A stretch of DNA of 64,000 bases, from the IMG/VR virus record IMGVR_UViG_3300012984_000011; one strand, given 5' to 3'. Both the position numbers and the translations under genes were made by a program. The stretch comes from an uncultured virus (IMG/VR IMGVR_UViG_3300012984_000011) (Duplodnaviria > Heunggongvirae > Uroviricota > Caudoviricetes). Shown here piece after piece: positions 39,890 through 49,322 of this stretch (position 1 is its first letter; each line of letters starts with the position of its first letter). The notes below the pieces were generated by a model, which had not been told where the DNA came from, did not search any database, and saw only the letters and a program-made list of their open reading frames with translations.

Positions 39890-40411
39890 ATGAAGAGCGA
39901 CAAGGACGAATTGCAGGCTGCTTGGGAGGCTCTGCAACCCAATGGGTCGGAAGAACCCGCACCAACTGTGGTAGAGGTTCCTTTGGAACCGGAGGCAAAA
40001 CTGTTGCCTCCACCACCCCCAATCCCTTTAGGGTCACCAAGACTGATCGACATGGGGTTAACTAGAAGACCTCCGGTTCTGACTCGTCGTAATCAAGTCA
40101 GTTGGTATGTGGATCTGTCCCGCACCACCTCTTCTTTCCTCGATTGGATTCTAGATATGGAACGCCTATTTACCGTTTTGCTTTTCTTCGTCCTGTTCAC
40201 TGCAACGGGCGGACTGTTCTGGGTTTGTTGGCGGGCTATCTCGGCAGACGGGAAGGTCACATCCTGTTACGTAGAGGTTCAAGGGGGAAATGGATTTTCT
40301 CACGACACCTACTACGTCAAAGGCAATATCGATTGGCGCCCTGATGTGTCGATGGCCAGCTATCCTACATCGGAAGCTGCCCTTGAAGGTCTGAAGCACC
40401 TCTGCCCCTGA
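39890..40411 (+). CDS. membrane-anchored hypothetical protein
   Basis: Pro-rich N-terminus, one TM segment. Confidence 0.65.
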   Translation: MKSDKDELQAAWEALQPNGSEEPAPTVVEVPLEPEAKLLPPPPPIPLGSPRLIDMGLTRRPPVLTRRNQVSWYVDLSRTTSSFLDWILDMERLFTVLLFFVLFTATGGLFWVCWRAISADGKVTSCYVEVQGGNGFSHDTYYVKGNIDWRPDVSMASYPTSEAALEGLKHLCP

Positions 40412-40417
40412 GGCTTC

Positions 40418-40615
40418 ATGTTGGTCAAAGCCAAACTGGTGCGACGCAGAGACCGGTATCTCAATATTTGGGGACAGATCTGTTGCATCAAGGATGCCTA
40501 CATTTCAGGTAAGGCGACCGTCATCACGTTCACGGACGGGTTGCAGACCATCTGGCCTAGCGAGAGTGAGATCGAGGTGATCCGACTGTTGAAACCAGAA
40601 GACCTGGGGGCTTAA
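40418..40615 (+). CDS. hypothetical protein
   Basis: 65-aa ORF. Confidence 0.55.
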   Translation: MLVKAKLVRRRDRYLNIWGQICCIKDAYISGKATVITFTDGLQTIWPSESEIEVIRLLKPEDLGA

Positions 40616-40646
40616 CCTATCGCTCTCCCTGGACGTCTATCAGAAC

Positions 40647-40928
40647 ATGCGAGAATTTCTGTTTACAATTCTGTTCGGTATATTGTTCACCCTGTTGGGT
40701 TCATGGGTCTTCTATCTGTATTGGGGCTGGTACGTCGTCCCTGTCTTTGGGCACCCCATTACCTACCGGCAGGCGATTGGCATCGATATGACGATTAGCC
40801 TAGAATTGGTGGGTGTGGTGGTGGCGATTATATGTAGGAACAAGGATGCGTTCAGTCTCTACGCGGCATTTGCGTACGGACTCGCCTATTGCTTGGCCTC
40901 TGGCTTCCTCTGGCATCTGTTCCTGTGA
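40647..40928 (+). CDS. membrane protein
   Basis: 3 TM segments; class A variant at 40612 (+35). Confidence 0.75.
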   Translation: MREFLFTILFGILFTLLGSWVFYLYWGWYVVPVFGHPITYRQAIGIDMTISLELVGVVVAIICRNKDAFSLYAAFAYGLAYCLASGFLWHLFL

Positions 40929-41278
40929 TCAACGCCGCTCAAACGCTGGCCGACCTCAAGGCTTTGAAGGAGCTGCTCTCAAAGCCAGAGCGATGGACTC
41001 AAGGAGCCTACGCTAGAGACATTGCCGGACATCAGGTGTCCGAGGAAGACAGCTCTGCCTGTTGTTTTTGCCTGTCTGGAGCGATGTACAAGGTCTCTAA
41101 TGGACAGGACTCGTCCCAGCGTTGGGACAACATCTTGGAAGCGATGTTCCCTGGTTGTCATTGCGGAGCAGCCATCCGTTTCAATGAGCAGCTAGGTAGG
41201 ACTCATCAAGAGATCTTGGGCAAGATCAACGAGGGGATTGTTTGGATCGAAACTGAGCTGGTTCAGTCCAACTGGTAG
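40925..41278 (+). CDS. DUF6197-like protein
   Basis: WTQGAYARD..G...CFCLSGA...FNE; GTGA overlap. Confidence 0.75.
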   Translation: MINAAQTLADLKALKELLSKPERWTQGAYARDIAGHQVSEEDSSACCFCLSGAMYKVSNGQDSSQRWDNILEAMFPGCHCGAAIRFNEQLGRTHQEILGKINEGIVWIETELVQSNW

Positions 41279-41604
41279 TACATACTAACGTCCCACCCTA
41301 GATTCTTCAGCCCGTTGTGGATGTGCTCGGCCGCGATCGTGTTGGGCCCACCTTGGAAGGGTACACAGGGAGATATGAGGAACCCTCGGTAGCCCCAACT
41401 ACGACACCAATGGCCCGACATACCTGCCTCATCGATGGCAGTGAGGATCTTCTGGTAGGTCTTGGGCAGCGGCTTTCGCTTGAAGTTCAGGCAGACGGCA
41501 TCTCGATTGGCCGAGCCACCATCCTTCATCAGATGAACTTTGCTCGCGGCCTCAACCTGTAAAGTTCGAAGGTCGGAGGTCAATTTTGACAAATCTATCG
41601 TCAT
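41263..41604 (-). CDS. hypothetical protein
   Basis: minus-strand class B motif (+16); DGGSANRD motif. Confidence 0.75.
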   Translation of the reverse strand: MTIDLSKLTSDLRTLQVEAASKVHLMKDGGSANRDAVCLNFKRKPLPKTYQKILTAIDEAGMSGHWCRSWGYRGFLISPCVPFQGGPNTIAAEHIHNGLKNLGWDVSMYYQLD

Positions 41605-41651
41605 GATAGACCTCTACACCAAACATTCCATCGGTGTAGAGGTCTATCATG
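41602..41651. promoter_or_regulatory. divergent class B promoter pair (19-bp perfect inverted repeat)
   Basis: CATGATAGACCTCTACACC-N12-GGTGTAGAGGTCTATCATG, includes both start codons. Confidence 0.85.
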
Positions 41652-42698
41652 CGGACCTTTTCGAACTTTATTCTCAACTCCCCCAACCCATCTTTTGATG
41701 CGGATGACCTTCTCTATGGGTTGTGGTTGCTGGACAGTCTTGAACCTGGCGCCAAGCCCTTGGTGGTCAAGACTTTTGAGACCAAGCCTCAGGCTGATGT
41801 ATGGGAAGCCTTGGCAGATGACGGCTTTCGCCTCATCATGGATTTCCAAGAGCATCGGGTTTACTTGAACGATGTCAAGCAACTGGTCGTTTCTAACCCA
41901 AATGCCTACAGCGCTATCTATGTCGGGGGCCGAGACAAGGCAGATGTGACGGCTCTGTATGACACGCTGAAAAAGAAATACGGTCAAGCCTCTATTCCAA
42001 CCAACAACTTGAAGCTATTGGTGAGCAGCAATACCGGATATAAGCTGACCAACCTGTCAGCCCCTGCAGAACCCCTGCAGACCGGCAACTATTCTCCCCA
42101 GGTTCTGCAAAAGTTCAAACATCTGACCAAGCAGTTGGTAGCTGATCGGCCTAGGGGGAGGATCGGGGTATTGTCTGGTTACCCAGGCACTGGGAAAACC
42201 TATCTGTTGCGAGCCATCCTCAACGAGTATGTTGAGGATGTCGATTTTGTGCTCATCAACATTGAGCAATGTCTTCAGGTGAGCCAGAATTTGCACAGAT
42301 TCATGCAGATGTTGGCTACTCGTCCCGAAAGTGGGTATGCACGGCGAAAAGTAGTGTTGCTTCTGGAAGACGCGGACTCGGCCATCGCACCTCGTTCGGC
42401 CAACAATCTCTCGGCCATCCAAGCCATCCTCAATTTCGGCGACGGCCTGATGGGGGACGCTCTGGACGTCCGGCTGCTGGTAACAACCAACGTCCGCACG
42501 GTGGAGATTGACCCTGCCATCCTCCGCAAGGGTCGTTTGATTGCGCACATCGAGGTAGGTGCGTTGGACCCCGCACAGGCTAATGCGGCGTACCACCGAA
42601 TCTCTGGTGGCAAAGAAGGCTCCTACAAGCAAGCCACCACCATTGCCCAAGTGTATGATGATGTGGGTAAGTTGGAGGAAGTGCAGGCGGCTGAATGA
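41649..42698 (+). CDS. AAA+ ATPase (paralog of 25041..26057)
   Basis: GYPGTGKT, LLEDAD, TTN...IDPAILRKGR. Confidence 0.9.
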   Translation: MRTFSNFILNSPNPSFDADDLLYGLWLLDSLEPGAKPLVVKTFETKPQADVWEALADDGFRLIMDFQEHRVYLNDVKQLVVSNPNAYSAIYVGGRDKADVTALYDTLKKKYGQASIPTNNLKLLVSSNTGYKLTNLSAPAEPLQTGNYSPQVLQKFKHLTKQLVADRPRGRIGVLSGYPGTGKTYLLRAILNEYVEDVDFVLINIEQCLQVSQNLHRFMQMLATRPESGYARRKVVLLLEDADSAIAPRSANNLSAIQAILNFGDGLMGDALDVRLLVTTNVRTVEIDPAILRKGRLIAHIEVGALDPAQANAAYHRISGGKEGSYKQATTIAQVYDDVGKLEEVQAAE

Positions 42699-43105
42699 AA
42701 ACACACTCGGCTCTCCTAACTAGTCTGTGGCACCACGCTCTCTACATGGCGATCTTCCTATACCTGTTAGGAGTGTTGGTGCTGCTCTTTCAAAGGGGTG
42801 GGGTGTCGTTTCTCCACATCCTCAAGTGGCCCAAGTTCTTCTTTGACATTGAACGATATGAGAAGTTCATGCTCAAGGGAAGCCCCACCTCATGGCAGCA
42901 AGCCTACGAGGCCAAGAAAGAGGTGGAAAAGATGTGGGACAAGGAGTATGGGCCGATCTTGATCGACAAGAATCCGGCTGGCCACTACTACTTGCTGGTC
43001 AAAGTGCTGGGCCAACCGACGGCAGGGTTGTTGGCGGCCGCCAAACAGATGCCGACCCGATCTAGCAAGGGTGTCGAAATAGTGCTGCAACCTTCACAGT
43101 TCTAG
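42695..43105 (+). CDS. membrane-anchored hypothetical protein
   Basis: ATGA overlap; N-terminal TM segment. Confidence 0.65.
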   Translation: MKTHSALLTSLWHHALYMAIFLYLLGVLVLLFQRGGVSFLHILKWPKFFFDIERYEKFMLKGSPTSWQQAYEAKKEVEKMWDKEYGPILIDKNPAGHYYLLVKVLGQPTAGLLAAAKQMPTRSSKGVEIVLQPSQF

Positions 43106-43113
43106 GAGAGCTG

Positions 43114-43578
43114 ATGTCATTCTCGATCGGACAGCGGGTATTGGTTCACCAAAGTTCAGGTAATTGGCATGATTGCAGCAGACCTGAGCAACATTGGAAG
43201 TCTCGTGTGCTGAGCTACACTCAGAATGGTCTCCCTGTCATTGCTACTGATGCTAGCCGAAACCCTTGTCATGCAGAATGGCCTTACACGAACGACAGTT
43301 TGACCCTGTTGGACGATGGTACCAAAGATTGGGTGGATTCCAGTCCGTTCATGATGGGCCAGAAGGTGTTCTTCACATTGCCCATAACGATCCCTCAATA
43401 CGCCGCTGGAACCCGTTTGGAAGCCACCTTGGAGGTCCCCCACATCAATCCAGAGGACTGGTACGTTAGTTTTCCTACGCCCGAAGGGTGGGCGTTCAAG
43501 ATGGTGGTGTCAGAGAAGCTGTTGGAGGTCACCAATCGCCCCAGCTTCTCCGAGCGGTTGTTGGACTCTTTCATTTAG
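43114..43578 (+). CDS. hypothetical protein
   Basis: AGGAG SD; 154 aa. Confidence 0.75.
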   Translation: MSFSIGQRVLVHQSSGNWHDCSRPEQHWKSRVLSYTQNGLPVIATDASRNPCHAEWPYTNDSLTLLDDGTKDWVDSSPFMMGQKVFFTLPITIPQYAAGTRLEATLEVPHINPEDWYVSFPTPEGWAFKMVVSEKLLEVTNRPSFSERLLDSFI

Positions 43579-43598
43579 TTCCGGTGTATGTTTGCCTA

Positions 43599-43829
43599 AT
43601 GTCAAGTGAACACCGTCTGACCGCCTTTCTCTGTACCCTCCTCTGTATCTTCCTCTGCTACGCATCTGTTCAAGCTCGTGGCTGCACCGTATCTGACAAC
43701 GAAGTCAAGAAGCTAAATGAGCAGAATGCTGTAAAACTACAGCAACAAATGGTCCAGATGAAGGCCGATTGCGTCAATGCCGGCGGATCCTATGATGATC
43801 GAGGGGCCTGCTACCGTGGGGTTCACTGA
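43599..43829 (+). CDS. small exported/membrane protein
   Basis: class B motif at 43583 (+16). Confidence 0.65.
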   Translation: MSSEHRLTAFLCTLLCIFLCYASVQARGCTVSDNEVKKLNEQNAVKLQQQMVQMKADCVNAGGSYDDRGACYRGVH

Positions 43830-43830
43830 A

Positions 43831-44130
43831 CTATCGGATCCCTCGGAACACGGCGTCCACCTTCTGCTGACCTCCTATAGCAAAAGCCTGAGCCTTGATG
43901 CTGGCTCGCAACGCCTCATGGGCTAGCCGAAATCGCTGCCTCCATGGGGTGGTGATCGTCAGGGCAGACAAGCGAACCGCCAATGGCAGCCCGCTTGTCT
44001 GCATGGCCCTCAGGATGTACTCTGCTTGATCGAATTCCCCTGCCAGCAGATGGGTGTCCAGAGTACGGTAGGTGTGGTCCACCGCCCTAGAGACAGCTTC
44101 TCCATCCATCAGGGCTTGAATCTCTGCCAC
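43831..44130 (-). CDS. hypothetical protein, paralog of 55891..56268 (start uncertain)
   Basis: D..Y...L.AG.(F/Y)D.AE.I...LT.T..W. Confidence 0.65.
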   Translation of the reverse strand: MAEIQALMDGEAVSRAVDHTYRTLDTHLLAGEFDQAEYILRAMQTSGLPLAVRLSALTITTPWRQRFRLAHEALRASIKAQAFAIGGQQKVDAVFRGIR

Positions 44131-44135
44131 TACTG

Positions 44136-44414
44136 TCAGGCCACGATTCCTAGGATCCATTCCGGCTTGAGCTCCACATGAGGGTGTCCACATTTACACC
44201 CAATGAGATTGATGGTCGAGCCTTTCCAATCGCCATCAGGATCAACGTAGACTCTGATGCTGGTCGGGCTGATGGGGTGGTCCCCACGGATGTGTCGGAC
44301 GATTCCCGTTAGTTCGTGACGAACTGCTGGAAACTTGGTCTGTGCTCCCGCTAGGGAGAACCCAGAAGTCTTGGCCTCAAACCAGCTAGCTCGGATTCGG
44401 TCACCCTTGTTCAT
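44136..44414 (-). CDS. hypothetical protein
   Basis: minus-strand class A motif (TTAAG at 44448, ATG +34). Confidence 0.75.
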   Translation of the reverse strand: MNKGDRIRASWFEAKTSGFSLAGAQTKFPAVRHELTGIVRHIRGDHPISPTSIRVYVDPDGDWKGSTINLIGCKCGHPHVELKPEWILGIVA

Positions 44415-44467
44415 GCTGGGTATAACGGCCATCGGGACAGCTTCTTAAGCTGGTGTAAAGGTGTCAC

Positions 44468-44801
44468 ATGAGTAGCAGGGCGACTGCTCCAAAACGAGAC
44501 ACCCCCCCAAAAGGGGCGTGAGCATGCAAAAAAGGAAACCAATCTCGATAACCGTGACTTCCCACGCATAGACCAGCAGGGAAATCGAAAAGGCGTCTGC
44601 AGGCGATGCGGGCTAACCATTACTGACTGCGAACCCTCTTCTAGGCTGGGAGAGTTTTGGCATATCGCAAGAGTTGGGCAGACTAGGGCAAGAGCCTGTC
44701 GGAACGCAGATTTGGTGTTTACCGTCCATAGTTCGGAAATTGCTCCTTTCCTGAGAAAGTCCAGACGCCGTTACCTCAAGAGGCAAAAAATACGACCATG
44801 A
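44468..44801 (+). pseudogene. frameshifted Zn-finger-like gene (C7 tract)
   Basis: ATG after class B motif stops at 44521; the +1 frame is open to the ATGA overlap at 44801. Confidence 0.6.
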
Positions 44802-45061
44802 TCTTCAAAACACTTTCAGGTTCAGCCTATGAGGTAGATGCCACCAAGCTACAGATCCGTCGCCTGTACGGGGCTCTCGAACCGACGGCCCGAACTGGCC
44901 AGGATGGGGCTTGGAAGCCATATGTCAGCCTATCTGATGTGGCGGTGGGCCATCCTGTGCTGATTCATTGGGCCAATGAAGAGCCTAAGGAGGCGGGCGC
45001 CTTGCCAGGGACGCTAACCAGTCCTGTAGTAGAGATCCTACAGACATCGGGGCTGAATTGA
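44798..45061 (+). CDS. hypothetical protein
   Basis: FKTLSGSAYE...TSPVVEI. Confidence 0.7.
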   Translation: MIFKTLSGSAYEVDATKLQIRRLYGALEPTARTGQDGAWKPYVSLSDVAVGHPVLIHWANEEPKEAGALPGTLTSPVVEILQTSGLN

Positions 45062-45294
45062 TGGCCGAGCTAGACCCGATCCATGGGTGTGACTATGCCT
45101 CACAACCCTACGTCACCTTTCGATGTACTGGTCTGAGTCACTATGTTGGGTGGGGGTATGTTGAACCCGTACCGCTACCTGAAGGGGTCTATCGTTGTGA
45201 TGGTGGGCTCTATAGCTTCCGATCTGAGCTGGAGACCTGTCCTGACTGTCTGGGGGTCGCCAGCACCCGTCCAATCGGTGTAGAAGACGCTTGA
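45058..45294 (+). CDS. hypothetical protein
   Basis: overlap; CPDC. Confidence 0.6.
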   Translation: MMAELDPIHGCDYASQPYVTFRCTGLSHYVGWGYVEPVPLPEGVYRCDGGLYSFRSELETCPDCLGVASTRPIGVEDA

Positions 45295-45533
45295 TGTCCT
45301 CAATCATTGGAACGACCGTGTTGTTAGGTGCGTTGGTTTATGGTGGAGTGGCTGTGGCGGTCCACCGTGAACTACGGCGATTCGGAATCCCCTCTAAGAA
45401 ACGGCTAAAATTGGCGGCAAAATGGCCCCAATTGATTCTGAACAGTCAAGCCTACATGCGGGAGATGATCTACAATACAGAAGCGCCCGCCACCCCTCCG
45501 ACCACTCCTCCAAACGCCAAATATTGGAACTGA
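45291..45533 (+). CDS. small membrane protein
   Basis: class B motif at 45277; N-terminal TM segment. Confidence 0.65.
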   Translation: MMSSIIGTTVLLGALVYGGVAVAVHRELRRFGIPSKKRLKLAAKWPQLILNSQAYMREMIYNTEAPATPPTTPPNAKYWN

Positions 45534-45916
45534 TGGGACGCTCACCCAATCCTTTGTTTCTCGTGTTGGCGATCATCGTCCCTTTGATCTACATCCTGAT
45601 CAGGGACTCTGTGCGATATCGCCAAGAGCGGGTTCAGACCAGACGTTTTAGCGTGGCGGACCATTTCTCACGCTTCCCAGGTTGGGGCGATAACTCGCCT
45701 GAATCGTTTCGAGCTCTGTTGGTGGATCAGTTGAATGATCCAGGTAAGCTGGTGATCGACCTTGACAATACGATGGGGTTCTCATCTGCTTTCCTCCGCA
45801 AGGCTTTTTTGGGGCTAAAGCAACAATTTCCTGATGTGTGTGACCGTCTTCGCTTTGAGAGTCAAGACGGTAGCTTGTCGACCGAGATCTGGGGTTACAT
45901 TCACGGAGAAGATTGA
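45533..45916 (+). CDS. membrane-anchored STAS-like (DUF4325) protein
   Basis: LVIDLDNTMGFSSAFLRKAF; TGATG overlap. Confidence 0.7.
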   Translation: MGRSPNPLFLVLAIIVPLIYILIRDSVRYRQERVQTRRFSVADHFSRFPGWGDNSPESFRALLVDQLNDPGKLVIDLDNTMGFSSAFLRKAFLGLKQQFPDVCDRLRFESQDGSLSTEIWGYIHGED

Positions 45917-46251
45917 TGGGACTTTTTAACGACAACGTAAATGCAACTCGTACCGTCTGGACCTTCCAATACAGAGGTGATGAACTTCTCCCGACAGCAG
46001 AGTATCTATTTAAACGACACTCTGAATTGGAGCGGAAGGCCAGAGAGCAGATGGCTGCCTACATGTTGGACTCCAACATGTCTCAGTTAGATCCGAAGAT
46101 CGCAGATACCAAAAAATTGATTGAGAAGCACGGAGATCTGAAGGAAAAACTCTCGGTGTGGGTACATGAGTTCCATCGAGATCCCGCACGAGAATTTGAG
46201 CTAGGGTTGGGGGACGTGACGTTCTTCGAGCTTGTAGGTCCCCTTACATGA
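45913..46251 (+). CDS. hypothetical protein
   Basis: overlap; 112 aa. Confidence 0.7.
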   Translation: MMGLFNDNVNATRTVWTFQYRGDELLPTAEYLFKRHSELERKAREQMAAYMLDSNMSQLDPKIADTKKLIEKHGDLKEKLSVWVHEFHRDPAREFELGLGDVTFFELVGPLT

Positions 46252-46505
46252 GTCAACCTGTTGAGGTTGACTCTCCTCCAGTCAACCAATGGGAGTTGTC
46301 TGGCGACTCTTGGGTGTTTCTGGTTGGGGGTCGTACCAAGGCAGTCGTCTGGCCTCTAGGAGGATTTGTCGACCGTCCTGACCGTTGGCATGCCACTTTA
46401 CCCAAAGAATCCAAGCATGCTAGTCTTTATTCTGGCACAGGCTGGGAATCAAAAGCCGCTGCCAAACTGGAGATCGAAACCCTTTATCGTACGGAGCCGT
46501 GGTGA
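46248..46505 (+). CDS. hypothetical protein
   Basis: ATGA overlap. Confidence 0.65.
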   Translation: MSQPVEVDSPPVNQWELSGDSWVFLVGGRTKAVVWPLGGFVDRPDRWHATLPKESKHASLYSGTGWESKAAAKLEIETLYRTEPW

Positions 46506-46714
46506 TGGAACCAGAAATAGATGCAGTGGTGCAGAGCCTTCACGCCTGTCAGAAAACCCATCGGGTCGTCAAAGTGATGGCTAATCCTTTTAAGATCAGC
46601 CCAGAGGATGGGGTCTGGGAGCGCCAAAGTGCCCGACATGGATGGCAACGAATCGCTCCTGGCGAAGTACCGACGAGGAATCGTCCCCTAAGAGGCGGCC
46701 GGCTGGCCCCTTAA
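46499..46714 (+). CDS. hypothetical protein
   Basis: overlap. Confidence 0.5.
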   Translation: MVMEPEIDAVVQSLHACQKTHRVVKVMANPFKISPEDGVWERQSARHGWQRIAPGEVPTRNRPLRGGRLAP

Positions 46715-46747
46715 ATCAACCCTCACAACAGTCGTAACACGAACCTA

Positions 46748-46999
46748 ATGGCAATTATCGAACATCCAACATCAAAATATAGCGTCCCAGGCAAGAGCTA
46801 CTACCTGGCCTCTCAGGTGGCCAAGTGTGACCTCTGTCACACTCTTTGCACTCATACTGGCAGTGACCCTGGAGATGCGGCCGAACAAGCTCGCAAGCGT
46901 GGCTGGGGAACCCAGAAGGCCAAGGGTGCCCAGCTGGGGGATCCCAAGATCTGGGTCTGCAAAGGCTGTATCAAGCTTCAGCAACAGCCGCAACCGTGA
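46748..46999 (+). CDS. Zn-ribbon protein
   Basis: CDLC...GW...CKGC. Confidence 0.7.
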   Translation: MAIIEHPTSKYSVPGKSYYLASQVAKCDLCHTLCTHTGSDPGDAAEQARKRGWGTQKAKGAQLGDPKIWVCKGCIKLQQQPQP

Positions 47000-47451
47000 C
47001 TCGACCTAAACGAGACCCTAAGACGCTTCGCTATGCGGCTAGGTTGGCTCGTCGACAACTTAAGCTTGCCGAGGGTAGCGTCTTGTCAGAATGGTTTCGT
47101 CTAGACTTGTTGGCCCGCCAACTGGTTGATGAAGCTCGAAAGATTGAGAAGAAGGTCAAACCGGTTCGAACGCCAAAACAGTCGACCGAACCTGAAAGTT
47201 TGATTGCCTATAATCTCGTATGGTTGGACAACGGTGTGGGGCATGGTGGGGGTCTGTTTCGCACCATGGAGGAAGGTGAGGCCTTCCTCCGCTTCTATGC
47301 TGAGGCTTACGTCGCTTGGGTGACGGTGCGAGATCCTGAACATCTGGGATGGCTCAGAGATCCTCAGTATGAGCCTAAGATGATGGCCGAATACGAGGAA
47401 ATGACCCAGTGGCAGGCCGATCACGGTCTGATTGGATCGAAAAGGTCTTAA
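46996..47451 (+). CDS. hypothetical protein
   Basis: GTGA overlap. Confidence 0.65.
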   Translation: MTRPKRDPKTLRYAARLARRQLKLAEGSVLSEWFRLDLLARQLVDEARKIEKKVKPVRTPKQSTEPESLIAYNLVWLDNGVGHGGGLFRTMEEGEAFLRFYAEAYVAWVTVRDPEHLGWLRDPQYEPKMMAEYEEMTQWQADHGLIGSKRS

Positions 47452-47481
47452 CTCCTCCCGGTGGGATCCGTTATAGGGGTC

Positions 47482-47751
47482 ATGGATCAGGACTTTGACG
47501 GATACGACGGCTTTGAGGACGATCGCGAAGATTTTGACCTAGATGGCGAAGATGAAGATTTCGCTCCCATCGATGGTGTGGGTTTCGCCGATCCTGGCGG
47601 CCGTTCTGCCCTTCGAGCTGCCACCAAGCGCAATCCCCGCAACTGTCCGTGTCCGACCTGTGGACGTGCCGATATGTTGACCCCAATCGATGTCCAGCGC
47701 GGTTACCAGTGTGATATCTGTGCAGATTCCTTGGAGAAGGGGGAATTCTGA
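47482..47751 (+). CDS. acidic Zn-finger protein
   Basis: class A motif at 47448 (+34); CPTCG...CDIC. Confidence 0.8.
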   Translation: MDQDFDGYDGFEDDREDFDLDGEDEDFAPIDGVGFADPGGRSALRAATKRNPRNCPCPTCGRADMLTPIDVQRGYQCDICADSLEKGEF

Positions 47752-47966
47752 TGGCTGACATTTGTCAATGTGCTGCCCCCAATGTCGCTTACGACGGATC
47801 CTGCCGCAAGTGCAATAAGGAGACCACGGCCACCCAGAGCCAAGCCTCTCTTATCGATCAACTCAAGGCATTGATTCCTCTTGCCAATAGGGCTGGGTTG
47901 TACGATGCTGCCGACTTCCTCCAAGCCAAAGTCGACTTGCAGACTCGAAATGAGTCCAAGGCGTGA
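47751..47966 (+). CDS. hypothetical protein
   Basis: TGATG overlap. Confidence 0.65.
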   Translation: MADICQCAAPNVAYDGSCRKCNKETTATQSQASLIDQLKALIPLANRAGLYDAADFLQAKVDLQTRNESKA

Positions 47967-48145
47967 ATTGGTTCCCTAGAAGCCGCTGGTGGGCTTTGGT
48001 GCCTGCCAGCATGGCGATAGCGATCATTGCGTATACTTGGACGGCAAACCCTCTGATAGGCAAAATTTTCACAGCTGCTGCAGTTTTTCAGAACTTGTTG
48101 CTGTGGATGCTGCTGAAATCTAGCCAAAAACCGAAGAGAAAATGA
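47963..48145 (+). CDS. small membrane protein
   Basis: 2 TM segments; GTGA overlap. Confidence 0.6.
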   Translation: MNWFPRSRWWALVPASMAIAIIAYTWTANPLIGKIFTAAAVFQNLLLWMLLKSSQKPKRK

Positions 48146-48393
48146 TGCAAATCGACCAAAAGACGATGCTCTACACGGATATCTTACCTGTAGAACGGAA
48201 AGAGATGATTGAGGTGGCCCGATCGATCGTGTTGGATGGCAAGGTGCCTCATCCGATCCCCCTTTGGGTGACCGATTGGCTCAAAGCTTTTGATCTCGAT
48301 ACGCCAGATCGAAGGCTCTTGGTGTTGTCGACCGCCTTCCCCCAGCGACTGCTTCTTTCATTGGTACTGGAATCCGAAAAAGATTCGAAATAG
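48142..48393 (+). CDS. hypothetical protein
   Basis: ATGA overlap. Confidence 0.65.
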   Translation: MMQIDQKTMLYTDILPVERKEMIEVARSIVLDGKVPHPIPLWVTDWLKAFDLDTPDRRLLVLSTAFPQRLLLSLVLESEKDSK

Positions 48394-48428
48394 GTTAATT
48401 TCGAAACGTCCTATCCGTTCTACCGGAT

Positions 48429-48896
48429 ATGGACAACATAGACCGTTTCGCAATTGCCTCAATATTCGTTTCAGCCGTTGCGCTCTTCATGGGTGGCCGC
48501 CTCTCGGTAACGGTGCCCAAACTACCAGCCCCTGTGGAACAGACCAAAGCTGTCGTCACACCTGTGGTTCTGGATGCAGAGACGCTGGAGTTTCTCAAGC
48601 GTTGGCAAGCTTCCATAGAGCAGGATCGCATCCCAGTGGTGTCTGTGGGCGAATTGGCAGATGCAGGGGAACCGCAACCCGTCGCTTCAGCTCAACCCTC
48701 TGCCCAACCTGTCGTGCCGACGGTGCAATCGGCCCCCAAGCCCGTCGCTCCCGTGGTGGTGTACCAGAATCCAGTCCTAAAACCCGCTGTTGTCGCCTCG
48801 GCTGCCCCCGCCCCTGTCGCCTCAGCCAAGTTGCCGCCAGCAAAGGTCGTCTTGGAAGATGACCCCATCGCCTCTATCCACAACCCGTACAAGTGA
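48429..48896 (+). CDS. membrane-anchored Pro/Ala-rich protein
   Basis: class A motif at 48395 (+34); C-terminal HNPYK. Confidence 0.75.
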   Translation: MDNIDRFAIASIFVSAVALFMGGRLSVTVPKLPAPVEQTKAVVTPVVLDAETLEFLKRWQASIEQDRIPVVSVGELADAGEPQPVASAQPSAQPVVPTVQSAPKPVAPVVVYQNPVLKPAVVASAAPAPVASAKLPPAKVVLEDDPIASIHNPYK

Positions 48897-48924
48897 AGTC
48901 GGTCGGCTAGGCCGACTTCTTTTC
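48895..48924 (+). terminator. Rho-independent terminator
   Basis: GAAGTCGGTC-ggcta-GGCCGACTTC-TTTT. Confidence 0.65.
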
Positions 48925-49083
48925 CTCTCTAACGATCGATCTGTTGATCAGACGCTCCAAGCGGTGAGTCCGCTTCTTACCCCACTTGCCTGATGTGGGT
49001 CGGTTGGCGCCCAATCGGTTGCCAGGCCGGTTGGTCCAATATTCATAGCCAGGGCCCTTAGCCCCTTTGATGGATCGACTCAT
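48907..49083 (-). CDS. small basic protein (58 aa; not in ORF track)
   Basis: MSRSIKGAKGPGYEYWTNRP...; ATGA overlap. Confidence 0.65.
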   Translation of the reverse strand: MSRSIKGAKGPGYEYWTNRPGNRLGANRPTSGKWGKKRTHRLERLINRSIVREEKKSA

Positions 49084-49322
49084 CCAGATACTCTCAGATA
49101 GACGGTCTGATAGACAAAATCAACGAACCGTTGGACGCTTTCTTCCGTCCTGCCCGTTGCCCTATCTACCATCTGTTCGATCGGCTGTAGCTTGTGAAGT
49201 GCCAAACAGCTACCAGTCAGACGATCGAATCCCTCGATGAAGTCCCTATCCTGCAGGCAAGCCGCCAAGCAGGTGTGGAAGAACGGGTCCAGCATGACCG
49301 CTTCTCGGGTAAGATGACTCAA
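49080..49322 (-). CDS. hypothetical protein
   Basis: 80 aa, coupled. Confidence 0.7.
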   Translation of the reverse strand: MSHLTREAVMLDPFFHTCLAACLQDRDFIEGFDRLTGSCLALHKLQPIEQMVDRATGRTEESVQRFVDFVYQTVYLRVSG

